NCBI GenBank assembly: GCA_021161465.1
Contig: JAGHAM010000003.1
Location: forward strand, 2,631 to 66,630
Length of the DNA: 64,000 nucleotides
Source: Candidatus Iainarchaeum sp.
Lineage (GTDB): Archaea > B1Sed10-29 > WALL01 > JAGHAM01
Direction of reading: 5' to 3'
Part shown: positions 10,318 through 19,572 of the stretch, in pieces
Position numbering within the stretch: the first letter of the stretch is position 1
How the letters are laid out: the number at the start of each line of letters is the position of its first letter
Notes under the pieces: generated by a model
Databases searched by the model: none
Seen by the model: only the letters and a program-made list of their open reading frames with translations
What the model was told of the DNA's origin: nothing
Translations under genes and position numbers: made by a program

Positions 10318-12081
10318 CTACTTCACAGTCACAGATTTGGCGAGGTTTCTTGGGGTGTCAACTGGCCTTCCCTTGGCCACCGCTGTGTAATATGCTAACA
10401 GCTGGCATGGGATGTTGGCAAGTAGTGGGTAGAATATATAGTCTATCTTTGGAATCTTAAGCCATTCGTCGAACATATTGCTGTTCTCATCGCTTATACC
10501 AATGACATAGGCACCTCTTGCTTTTGCCTCATGCACGTTTGCCATGGTTTCTTCATATGTGTGGTCCTTTGGGCATATTGCAATTATTGGGGTGCCCTCC
10601 TCTATAAGCGCTAGAGTCCCGTGCTTAAGTTCACCGGCAGGCATACCCTCAGCGTGGATGTAAGATAACTCTTTCATCTTAAGCGCACCTTCAGTAGCAA
10701 CAGCGAAGTTCTCACCGCGAGCTATGAAGTAAGTATCATCCCTCTTTTTCATGTATTCTGCAATCTTCTTGGTTTTCTCCTCGTTTAATGAAATGGTTTC
10801 CTCAATCATTTCCGGGATGCTCATAAGCTTCTTCAAGCCAGCTTCAAACTGGTAGATCATAGTGTAAGCTATGAGATAAAACATAGTCACCTGGGAGGTA
10901 AATGTTTTGGTTGCAGCTACACCTATCTCAGGGCCAGTGTTGAGGTAAAGGGAAACATCACTCACCCTATCAAGGGATGAGCCAACGACATTAACTATTG
11001 AAACCACCTTGCAGCCGTGCTCTTTTGCCTGTTTCACTGGCAGTAGCACATCAGCTGTTTCACCAGATTGCGAAACAGCTATGATAAGGGTGTCCTTTCC
11101 AAGCTTCTCAACAAAATACTGGAACTCAGAAGCCATGTAAACCTCACAATATTTTTTTGTGAGTTCGGCTATAACATACCTCCCAACCAGCGAGGCGTGT
11201 CTTGATGTGCCCGCGCCAACTATGCACACCCTCGGAGCTGAATTGACCATCCTGGCAACTTGCTCAAGCTTCTCCTTGTTTTGCCTTAAAGTTTCCTTCA
11301 GAACTAATGGTTGTTCGTGTATCTCCTTGAGCGTAAAGTGGGTGTAATCTCCCTTTTCAGCCTGGTTTAGTTTCCACTTTATAGTATCCATGGGCTTACC
11401 GACCTCTTCACCAGTGCTTATCTTTTTTACCACTGGCTTTGAGCCTATTACAACCATCTCACCATCGTCTATTGGCACTGTCTTGTTTGTGTATTCTAGA
11501 AATGCAGGAACATCACTTGCTAAGAAGTACTCCCCACCATTCAGCCCTAGGACAAGCGGCGATTCTTTTTTTGCTCCAACAAGCTCATTTGCATTTTTGT
11601 TTATGGCCAGCATGGCATAGCTGCCTTTTAGCTGCTTTGCAGCAGCCCTAACGGCTTCAGGGAACCCCTTGCTTTTGGAATGCTCTTCTATCAAATGAGC
11701 TATGACCTCTGTGTCGCAGTCGCTTTTAAATTTGTGACCTTTCTTCTCAAGGTCAGTTTTCAATTCATCATAATTTTCAATTATGCCATTGTGAACTACG
11801 GCTATGCTTCCATCGCAGGAAACATGCGGGTGAGCATTTTCTTTGCTAACACCTCCATGGGTTGCCCAACGTGTGTGGCTTATGGCAAGGTGTGTTTCTG
11901 TGTTGGATAGCTCATCAGGGATACCATCTATCTTCCCAACGTCTTTAGCTATATGCAAGCCGTCTTCATCAATACAGGCTATTCCCCAGGAGTCATATCC
12001 ACGGTATTCTAGCCGCTTAAGCCCTGAATATACCCGATCCACAGCGTTTTTATCCCCACTGTAACCAATTATACCACACAT
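10318..12081 (-). CDS. glmS: Glutamine-fructose-6-phosphate transaminase
   Basis: MCGIIG, LEYRGYDS, HTRWATHG, SQSGETAD, PRNLAKSVTV. Confidence 0.97.
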   Translation of the reverse strand: MCGIIGYSGDKNAVDRVYSGLKRLEYRGYDSWGIACIDEDGLHIAKDVGKIDGIPDELSNTETHLAISHTRWATHGGVSKENAHPHVSCDGSIAVVHNGIIENYDELKTDLEKKGHKFKSDCDTEVIAHLIEEHSKSKGFPEAVRAAAKQLKGSYAMLAINKNANELVGAKKESPLVLGLNGGEYFLASDVPAFLEYTNKTVPIDDGEMVVIGSKPVVKKISTGEEVGKPMDTIKWKLNQAEKGDYTHFTLKEIHEQPLVLKETLRQNKEKLEQVARMVNSAPRVCIVGAGTSRHASLVGRYVIAELTKKYCEVYMASEFQYFVEKLGKDTLIIAVSQSGETADVLLPVKQAKEHGCKVVSIVNVVGSSLDRVSDVSLYLNTGPEIGVAATKTFTSQVTMFYLIAYTMIYQFEAGLKKLMSIPEMIEETISLNEEKTKKIAEYMKKRDDTYFIARGENFAVATEGALKMKELSYIHAEGMPAGELKHGTLALIEEGTPIIAICPKDHTYEETMANVHEAKARGAYVIGISDENSNMFDEWLKIPKIDYIFYPLLANIPCQLLAYYTAVAKGRPVDTPRNLAKSVTVK

Positions 12082-12120
12082 TCATTGCACCAGTTCATTA
12101 GATTGACCTGTGATTTTTGA

Positions 12121-12231
12121 ACTTTTAATTAAAAACTTTTAGTAAAAGAAATATCATAATATTAAAGTAATTATGTTATCTTTATTTATAAATGAAAAGC
12201 TTTTTATACTTTTTATTATAAAATATATTTT
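12121..12231. promoter_or_regulatory. AT-rich divergent promoter region between glmS and an HTH regulator, with palindromes
   Basis: TTTTAATTAAAA (12123-34), CTTTTAGTAAAAG (12136-48), TTTTATTATAAAA (12211-23). Confidence 0.45.
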
Positions 12232-12246
12232 GGTATTGGTGATTGT

Positions 12247-13131
12247 GTGAAACTAGTTGACGGTAATAAGGAAATGCCCGTGAAACGGCTGCCGCCCGAG
12301 AAGCTTAAATATGCTTTGCAGGGGTTCCGCTGGAAGATTCTTCAGGAGCTTGCCAAGGAGCCACGATATCCCGCAGAGATTGCCAAGAAGTTTGGCATTC
12401 AAGAGCAAAAAGTATACTACCATTTCAAAAAACTGAAAGAAGCTGGTTTGGTCAGCCTGGTCAGGACTGAGGGAAAGCGTGGCGCTACTGCAGCTTATAT
12501 GAAGGCGACTGATAGGGCTTATGCTGTTTTGCTTGATGAGTCATGGTCACCAAGGAAGAGCCAGCCGGGCGAGGTCCCGGATTTCCTTGTGGATTTTTAC
12601 TCGAAGGGCATGTTCAACGCGCTTGTTGTGGTTGGGAGCCCTGACCCTCATGGGCCGCATGAAGCCAGGGCGAGGGATACTCATTACATCGGCGATTTGT
12701 GCTTGTTTTTGGGAAGTTTTTCCTCTGCGGTGGAGCCATGTGTTAGAACTGACACTGAGATAAGGGAGACTGAGCTTGAGGAGAACAACCTAGTGCTAAT
12801 CGGTGGCCCAGTGGTGAACATGATTACTGCAAGAATCAACGATGATTTGCCCATTCGGATGAAGATAGGTGAGCGGTGGGGCATTTATTCTACTAATACA
12901 GGCGAAACCTACTACGAAAATGTTGCTTTCATAGTTAAGATAGACAGCCCCTGGGCTAGCGACAAAAAAGCCCTTGTTATCGCAGGTGCCTCACGCGGTG
13001 GAACAAAGGCAGCCATACTCGCCTTGCTGAGAAGGACTAAGGATATAGGAAAAGAGCCAGTCTACCGGATAGTTAAGGGCCTTGACAGGGATGGAGATGG
13101 CGTGATAGATTCTGTTAAGATTTTGGAGTAG
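12247..13131 (+). CDS. ArsR-like winged HTH regulator with C-terminal S-layer-like domain
   Basis: RWKILQEL...YPAEIAK...QKVYYH..KL.EAGLV, then GSPDPHGP and NLVLIGGPVVN. Confidence 0.75.
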   Translation: MKLVDGNKEMPVKRLPPEKLKYALQGFRWKILQELAKEPRYPAEIAKKFGIQEQKVYYHFKKLKEAGLVSLVRTEGKRGATAAYMKATDRAYAVLLDESWSPRKSQPGEVPDFLVDFYSKGMFNALVVVGSPDPHGPHEARARDTHYIGDLCLFLGSFSSAVEPCVRTDTEIRETELEENNLVLIGGPVVNMITARINDDLPIRMKIGERWGIYSTNTGETYYENVAFIVKIDSPWASDKKALVIAGASRGGTKAAILALLRRTKDIGKEPVYRIVKGLDRDGDGVIDSVKILE

Positions 13132-13345
13132 CTTCTTTAGCAGGCTTGCTCAGCAACTCGTTTAGCACCATGAACACTAAAACGATGACCAGTAACCACC
13201 ACGGATACCAAAAACCATCAGTACCAGCGCCGATGCCATAGAGCTCCCCAAGTATAAACGTTATAAGCAATATCGCAGCTATAGAAGATAACTGGCTTTT
13301 AGATTTGTCTATCGAGTCCTTAATGAAATCCCAGATGCTTCCCAT
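13115..13345 (-). CDS. Small two-TM membrane protein
   Basis: Two hydrophobic helices; TTTAAA box upstream on the minus strand. Confidence 0.6.
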   Translation of the reverse strand: MGSIWDFIKDSIDKSKSQLSSIAAILLITFILGELYGIGAGTDGFWYPWWLLVIVLVFMVLNELLSKPAKEATPKS

Positions 13346-13422
13346 GCAACAATTTTTGAACTTAAAAGTTTAAAAATCTGACACATAAAAAACCATTAAA
13401 TACACAGCATACCTTGTAGCTA

Positions 13423-13935
13423 GTGGTTGATAAAGTGTTAGTAATCACAGGAACACCGGGAACAGGCAAAACAACCCTTGCTGACAACCTTGGTGAGTTG
13501 CTTGACTTATCGGTGGTTCACACCAACGACATTGTCAAAAAGAAGAAGCTGTTCACTGGAGTTGAGGACGGCAGCCTTATCGTTAAGCTGCCTGCCTTGA
13601 AGCGCGAACTAAAAAACTTCAAAGGCATAGCTGAGGGACTCGTTCTATGTGAGATGAAGCTGGATGGCGTTGCACTGGTCCTGCGCACCAGACCAGAAGT
13701 ACTTGAAGAACGGCTCAAGGCTAGAGGTTACCACGAGGGAAAAATCCGAGAGAATGTTGAGGCAGAGGCACTCGATTACTGCGCAATCAAGGCAAGGCAA
13801 AACTATAAGAGGGTCTTTGAGGTTGACACGAGTGATAGAACACCAGCTGATACAGTAGAGCATGTGCTACTTATACTGGCCGGTATGCCGGATGACCACG
13901 TTGACTGGAGCAGCTACTTTTTGGAGGGGCACTAG
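13423..13935 (+). CDS. Archaeal adenylate kinase (AK6/Fap7 family)
   Basis: ITGTPGTGKTT, LEERLKARGY..GKIRENVEAE. Confidence 0.9.
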   Translation: MVDKVLVITGTPGTGKTTLADNLGELLDLSVVHTNDIVKKKKLFTGVEDGSLIVKLPALKRELKNFKGIAEGLVLCEMKLDGVALVLRTRPEVLEERLKARGYHEGKIRENVEAEALDYCAIKARQNYKRVFEVDTSDRTPADTVEHVLLILAGMPDDHVDWSSYFLEGH

Positions 13936-16802
13936 TTTATTCTCTCCAGGGCTTTTTGGAATTTGGTTTTCTTTCTCCTTCTAAATGTCACCACTGCAGC
14001 AACTGTTACTGCACCAAAAGCGGAGAGCATAGCAGCGTCTGTATAGTTGAACATCATAGCTTCCTCAGTTGTTGGCTCTGGTAGCTGCTGTTCTTTAGCG
14101 TATCTAGAGTATGCGATTGCCCTGTTGAAAAATCCTTGGTTGTACTCACTCCTGGCTTTAGCCAACCATTTGGTGTTCCCTTGCTTGCCAGCTTCTACCT
14201 CTCTTTTTGCGTCGTGCATGAGGTTGTTCCAGATTTCAGAAAGCTCTACTTCCAGTGAGCTAAGCTCTCCATGGGTTTCAGCTTTTTCAGCCAGGCGCCT
14301 ATAGTAGGAGACATCTTTTTCAGTGTATTCAAAAGGCACTGTTATGTTTACTTCAACGTTGGTATCAGCAGCCTTCTCCATAGCGCCAATGAGTTGGTTA
14401 ATCCTGGTGTAGTCTAAGGTTCTGTCAGATACCTGCCCATCCTGTGCCTCCTCTACCAATGGGTGTCTCTCTTGTCTGGAACTCTCATCAATGCCTGTTG
14501 CAATTTGCCATGAGTTGTTTGCAATGCCTTTGGCTGTAACCTCTCCAACAGGTTTGTTGTTATCAAGCAGATAGACAGTGAGCGTCCGCTTTCCTTTTTT
14601 CAGATAGTATAGCTCTATACTTTTGTTTAGGACTTTTCCTTCACTTGAGTTTATAATTTTGCTTGTGAAGCTCACAGTTGCATTTGGCAAGTCAGTGAGT
14701 GCGTTTAGTTCTATTTTTTCTGAGAAAATTTGGTAGTTACCCATTGTTTCAGATAGTTCTTTTCCTAGCTTTCTACATTCAAGTGGTCTGGTTCTTGCAG
14801 TTATGTGTATCTCAGTTGAGTTCTCAGCGGGTATCTCTGGGATAATCACACTTAGTTTCCCCCCATCGTAACTAATATTTGAGCCAGCTAGGGTAGGAAT
14901 GGCATCCAGCTCAACTGTAGACTTTCTGCTTTCTTCAGGGAATGGGTTCTCTGCTTTTACTGCTATGGTTGTGGCAACCCACCTGTTGCATTCTGGGCTC
15001 TCGTGAAAGCGGTAACTTATCCCGACAAAGGATGCTGGCAGTTTTTGCATTCTCATGCTGTAATGCTTTTGCATCTCCGAGAGCCGCCCTATATTATCTG
15101 CTATGCCTGCTGGAAGCTGTGAGTACCTGTCATCAGGGAACAAGCTTCTGGTTTCAGGCAGGTTATAATATTTTATATTTGCCTTCTCGATTATATCCTC
15201 GCGCAACTGTATGGCTTTTTCGTTAATTTCTACTAGCTCTGGCAACAACTCCCCAACAGGGAGCTGCCTTGCGCTGTCGAACCTGCTTACCAGAAGCTTG
15301 AAAGTGCTCTCCTCAACCGAAACATTAAGGTCATTTCGTGCTTTCTCTATAAGCACCTCAAGCTCATCAAGAACGCGCCTCGTGTCGTCGATAGGTGTTT
15401 CGCTTTTTGCAAGTTCGTAATCTTTTATCCCGTTTATGTAGTATCCTAGCGATTCTATCAATGGTTTTGAGTCTCCCTCTTTGCAGTGGCTTTTTATCTT
15501 TGCGTTTATCATGCGGCTTACCCAGCTGTTGCTATCTAAGCTTGAGTTCCAGCAGCGTTCTCTTGCAGTAGCTTTCAGGTCATTAAGCTCTAATTTTAGC
15601 TGTTGTAGTGTTGCTGATGCACGTCGCGCTTCTGCGTAGGCAGACTGGATATTCTCTGTTGCAAGGGCTAGATAGTTATCCATATGGCTCTCGTCTTTCA
15701 GAAGCGTTGCATTCTCCTCCCGCAGTTCTGCTTTCCTGAGTTCGCTGAGGGCGTACCAGAAATCACTGAGGACTTTTTCCTTCCCAAAGAACCCAAGCTC
15801 ATCGCGTGAAACGTGTTTGAGCCCGTCAAGTCCCTCTTCAAGCTTGCTTGCTGTGTCTTCTTCTTTCTGCGTCTTCGCTAGCCACTCACTGTAGTACTCA
15901 TCCATGGAGTTTATAGCATCAACCAACCCCTGCTTGAACTCAAGCATTTCCTTTATCCCGGTCTTACCCTTATAGCCAACCAGCTTGTTATAGGGCTCGT
16001 GAAAGCTCATAGGGCTTTCTATGACTGCCTTCAAGTGTATTCCCAGCAGCCTTTGTAGTGCGTTTCCCTCTTCAGGTATTGCCCAAGCAACACGCGCTTT
16101 GCCGTGCAGTAGCCTCTCATTAATGCCAGAGTAAAACAGCATAGCATCGTAGAATTTCTTAAGCCGTTTTTTCTCCTTAAGCTCGACAGCGGCGTTGTAG
16201 TATGTCCTGTAAGCTGGACCATGGTAGTAAAATTCGTTGGCACCTCTGTGTTCTAGTTCCCTTAGGTCACCCATGGCAAGTTCATTCAGGGCTTGCCCCG
16301 CACTTGCTGCTTCCTTGTTCCCTTGGGTTATATGTTTAATCATCCTGTTGGTTAACTGTATGCAGGAATCCGCTTTCTCGATGAATGGACAGACCCTCTC
16401 AGCTGCTGCTCTTTCTTCCTTGGCCAGCTTTATGTATTGCCAGGCCCTGAGTACGTCATCTTGGACTTCTGGCAAGTTTCCAGAATACCCTGAAAAATAT
16501 TCCTTTACGTTGGTTTCTGGGTTTGCAGGCTCCTCATATCTCCACAGAGAATGGCTATCAAGCAGCGCGCGTGCCTCTGCGACATCTGTAATCAGGACAA
16601 GGCCTTCCATGAATTTTATGGCTGCGCTGAATACATCCTTCCCATCGTTTGCTATTGACTTTACTTCCTTCATCTCGCCAGATATGTCTATCCCAGTTGC
16701 AGCGACCTGGCCAAGAAGGACAATCAAGACCAGAAATAAAAAAATCTGGTTCACACTAACTACTTTATACTCTATCTTCTCTCTCCCCATTTTTCTCCCC
16801 AA
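13932..16802 (-). CDS. Large predicted surface protein (signal peptide, coiled coils, C-terminal TM anchor)
   Basis: N-terminal hydrophobic stretch, C-terminal TM followed by RRRKK; no recognised family. Confidence 0.7.
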   Translation of the reverse strand: MGRKMGREKIEYKVVSVNQIFLFLVLIVLLGQVAATGIDISGEMKEVKSIANDGKDVFSAAIKFMEGLVLITDVAEARALLDSHSLWRYEEPANPETNVKEYFSGYSGNLPEVQDDVLRAWQYIKLAKEERAAAERVCPFIEKADSCIQLTNRMIKHITQGNKEAASAGQALNELAMGDLRELEHRGANEFYYHGPAYRTYYNAAVELKEKKRLKKFYDAMLFYSGINERLLHGKARVAWAIPEEGNALQRLLGIHLKAVIESPMSFHEPYNKLVGYKGKTGIKEMLEFKQGLVDAINSMDEYYSEWLAKTQKEEDTASKLEEGLDGLKHVSRDELGFFGKEKVLSDFWYALSELRKAELREENATLLKDESHMDNYLALATENIQSAYAEARRASATLQQLKLELNDLKATARERCWNSSLDSNSWVSRMINAKIKSHCKEGDSKPLIESLGYYINGIKDYELAKSETPIDDTRRVLDELEVLIEKARNDLNVSVEESTFKLLVSRFDSARQLPVGELLPELVEINEKAIQLREDIIEKANIKYYNLPETRSLFPDDRYSQLPAGIADNIGRLSEMQKHYSMRMQKLPASFVGISYRFHESPECNRWVATTIAVKAENPFPEESRKSTVELDAIPTLAGSNISYDGGKLSVIIPEIPAENSTEIHITARTRPLECRKLGKELSETMGNYQIFSEKIELNALTDLPNATVSFTSKIINSSEGKVLNKSIELYYLKKGKRTLTVYLLDNNKPVGEVTAKGIANNSWQIATGIDESSRQERHPLVEEAQDGQVSDRTLDYTRINQLIGAMEKAADTNVEVNITVPFEYTEKDVSYYRRLAEKAETHGELSSLEVELSEIWNNLMHDAKREVEAGKQGNTKWLAKARSEYNQGFFNRAIAYSRYAKEQQLPEPTTEEAMMFNYTDAAMLSAFGAVTVAAVVTFRRRKKTKFQKALERIN

Positions 16803-16852
16803 GATTATTTTATGGATTATCCTTTTTAAGACTTTTCTAAAGGGAGGGATTC

Positions 16853-17776
16853 TTACTCAGTTTCTATCTTTATGCCTCCAACCACATCAGCAAACGCATT
16901 GTATAGGAAAGAAACAATCGCTATAATTATAGACATAATGATAGGGTACCCTATGGCCACTATAACACTAAATATTATTCCAAATAGTATGGAACCACCT
17001 GCCAGAGATGAACCAACCAGAGGCATATAGGCAAACATACCACCCATAGCAACAGCCATTACTAAGAATAACACACCGGCGCATATACCAAATATTAACC
17101 CAATTATAAAGAATATTTTTGTTGTGGGTATTATCCCAATACGCTTTATCTCTCCCTTTAGGTCGGAGGTGTTTGTCTCAATTTTAATGCCGCCTATCTT
17201 GGAAGCTAAAAACGAATATATTGGTGCAATGATCAATCCAAATGTGAACCCAGGGCCCGTTCCTGCAATGATACCATAGACTAGGAGCATGGCCCACATA
17301 ATAATCAGATACATGAACCCCATAGCCCCGCCGAGTGCTACAAAACCACCAATAGGAATGAAAGATGTAAGAGCTGCCATACCAACAATCATAAACACAG
17401 AGTAGATGATTCCAAGACTGACTGCTGCAATGATACCATATATTAATCCATAGGTTGCTGAGAAGTCAGCAAGGAATAAAGCCTCAATTTTTTTAATCTC
17501 CCCGTTATCAACTTCTATCCCACCAATCCGCTTTGCAACGAAATTATATGAGACGGCAGTGACAACGCCACTGACAGCACCAGAAAGGACACCAATTACT
17601 ACATAGATGACCAAAATCAAGAGACCACCAATCAGAGCACCCACTATTTGCCCTCTCAGAGCGCCACTGATAAACACAAGCAAGAATACGAGCAATCCCA
17701 CAATCAACCCAAGTGTTGTTCCCAACAAGGTAAACATTTTTGTATTTGATGGGATGCCCACTTGTTTTATCTGCAT
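16853..17776 (-). CDS. Membrane protein with three tandem DUF3566-like repeats
   Basis: Three units starting (Q/E)IK(Q/K/R)(V/I) and ending Y(N/S)..A...GGI(E/K)(V/I); start moved to MQIKQ. Confidence 0.7.
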   Translation of the reverse strand: MQIKQVGIPSNTKMFTLLGTTLGLIVGLLVFLLVFISGALRGQIVGALIGGLLILVIYVVIGVLSGAVSGVVTAVSYNFVAKRIGGIEVDNGEIKKIEALFLADFSATYGLIYGIIAAVSLGIIYSVFMIVGMAALTSFIPIGGFVALGGAMGFMYLIIMWAMLLVYGIIAGTGPGFTFGLIIAPIYSFLASKIGGIKIETNTSDLKGEIKRIGIIPTTKIFFIIGLIFGICAGVLFLVMAVAMGGMFAYMPLVGSSLAGGSILFGIIFSVIVAIGYPIIMSIIIAIVSFLYNAFADVVGGIKIETE

Positions 17777-17885
17777 TTCAATCGCCACTAACCATAAATG
17801 GAATCTATATTTATATCTTTTGGTTATTGGAGGAATTTTATGAAATGTTAAATAGTTCCATGTGCATAGAATACAGGGGATTCGT

Positions 17886-18797
17886 ATGAAACTCGTGCTT
17901 TGTGTTCCTAATTTTAGTGAGGGAAGGAGCCAGGATATAATCAATGCAATTCGCGCTGAGATAGAGAAGGTCCCTAACACAAAAGTGATTTACTGTAAGG
18001 CTGATTCCGACCATAACAGGCTTGACTTAGCTTTTGTTGCCCCAATAAAAGAAGCTAAAGAGGCCGCTTTTAGAGCAACGAGAAAGGCGGCTGGTTTGAT
18101 AGATATGGACAAACACAAGGGGGAGCATCCACGCATGGGAGCAACAGATGTCATACCTTTTGTGCCTATGGGCAACACAACTATGGAAGAGTGTGTCGAG
18201 GCTGCAAGGGGTCTAGGCAAGCGCATAGGCGAGGAATTGAAAATACCTGTTTATCTCTACGAGGAGGCAGCAACAAGGCCAGACAGGAAAAATCTAGCAG
18301 ATGTCAGAAGAGGCGAGTATGAGGGATTGAAGGAAGAAGTTGGAAAAAACCCTGATAGGAAACCTGACTTCGGGCCCGAAAAGCTTGGCAAGGCTGGAGC
18401 TACTGCAGTTGGCGCGAGGATGCCATTGATTGCATTCAACGTCAACCTGGGAACCAGCGACTTAACTGTCGCCAAAAAGATAGCCAGGGCAGTTCGACAC
18501 TCCAGTGGCGGGCTTCGGTATGTCAAGGCAATGGGTTTTGAGCTGAAGGAAAGAGGAATAGTCCAAGTTTCGATGAACCTCACTAACTATAAGAAGACAC
18601 CAATATTTAGAGTCTTCGAGCTAGTCCGGCGCGAGGCGAAACGCTATGGCATCCCAGTTATCGGGAGCGAGATAGTTGGCGTGGTTCCTATGGACGCGCT
18701 TGTTAGTTGTGCTGATTTTTATTTGCAGTTAGAGAAGTTTAAGAAAGACCAAATACTTGAGAATAAGCTTTGGGGTGAGAAAAATGAAGGTAGTTGA
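17886..18797 (+). CDS. ftcD: Glutamate formiminotransferase (FTCD N-terminal part)
   Basis: CVPNFSEGR, DHNR, HKGEHPRMGATDVIPF, QVSMNL. Confidence 0.95.
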   Translation: MKLVLCVPNFSEGRSQDIINAIRAEIEKVPNTKVIYCKADSDHNRLDLAFVAPIKEAKEAAFRATRKAAGLIDMDKHKGEHPRMGATDVIPFVPMGNTTMEECVEAARGLGKRIGEELKIPVYLYEEAATRPDRKNLADVRRGEYEGLKEEVGKNPDRKPDFGPEKLGKAGATAVGARMPLIAFNVNLGTSDLTVAKKIARAVRHSSGGLRYVKAMGFELKERGIVQVSMNLTNYKKTPIFRVFELVRREAKRYGIPVIGSEIVGVVPMDALVSCADFYLQLEKFKKDQILENKLWGEKNEGS

Positions 18798-19401
18798 TTT
18801 TCTTGATGAATTGGCATCCTGCCTGCCTACACCAGGTGGTGGTAGTGTTTCCGCTCTTAATGGGGCTTTAAGCGCCGGGTTAATTGAGATGGTTTGCCGT
18901 CTGACAGTCCAGAACAAGCGTTACGCATCAGTTAGGGATGAGATGACGGACATCCTTGAGCGCGCAGAGGTGCTCAGGGAAAGATTAATTGATTTAGTTG
19001 ATGATGATGCTGACGCCTTTGATGGCGTTATGGCAGCATTGTCTATGCCAAAAACTACTCCAGAGGAGAAAGAGAAGAGAAAAGCAACCCTACAGGCAGC
19101 ATTGAAAGAGGCGACTGAGGTCCCGGTGGAGATAGCTGAGCGATGTCTTGAGCTGATTAAGCTGTCATCGGTTGTGGCAGAAAAAGGCAACAAGAATGCT
19201 ATAACAGATGCAGGAGTTGCAGCCCTTGCAGCCAAGGCAGGCCTGGAAGGAGCCATTCTGAATGCCAGGATAAATTTAGCTTCAATAAAGGATGCGGATT
19301 ATCTGAATAAAATGACGGTAAAATACAAAGAGCTGGAAACAGCTGCTGAAGTGCTTGCTAGCAAGACCTTGGGAATAGTTGATTCTGAGCTTAAAGCGTG
19401 A
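18784..19401 (+). CDS. Formiminotetrahydrofolate cyclodeaminase / methenyl-THF cyclohydrolase (FTCD C-terminal part)
   Basis: PTPGGGSVSAL, DDDADAF, GNKNAITDAGVA, NARINL. Confidence 0.92.
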   Translation: MKVVDFLDELASCLPTPGGGSVSALNGALSAGLIEMVCRLTVQNKRYASVRDEMTDILERAEVLRERLIDLVDDDADAFDGVMAALSMPKTTPEEKEKRKATLQAALKEATEVPVEIAERCLELIKLSSVVAEKGNKNAITDAGVAALAAKAGLEGAILNARINLASIKDADYLNKMTVKYKELETAAEVLASKTLGIVDSELKA

Positions 19402-19414
19402 GTTGCAAAAACTG

Positions 19415-19493
19415 TTGTTTGGTTTCCTAACTAATTTATTTAAGTTACGTTAGATAATCAAACAAAAACTTATATAAATAAGTTTGACGTTAG
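19415..19493 (+). promoter_or_regulatory. Inverted repeats and TATA upstream of nrdJ
   Basis: AAACTTAT-ATAA-ATAAGTTT (19466-85) overlapping the TATA; related site at 19428-47; 17-bp imperfect inverted repeat 19415-31/19449-65. Confidence 0.55.
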
Positions 19494-19572
19494 TTAAAGC
19501 ACAATTTATCATTAGAAAATCAAAGTATTATTGCATAGAAGGGTTAAAAAGTAAACTTTTAGGGGGATTTAG

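Noticed and set aside
19402-19572. Possible cobalamin riboswitch before the nrdJ/B12 operon
   Set aside because: Region is very AT-rich with no B12-box or GGGAA core
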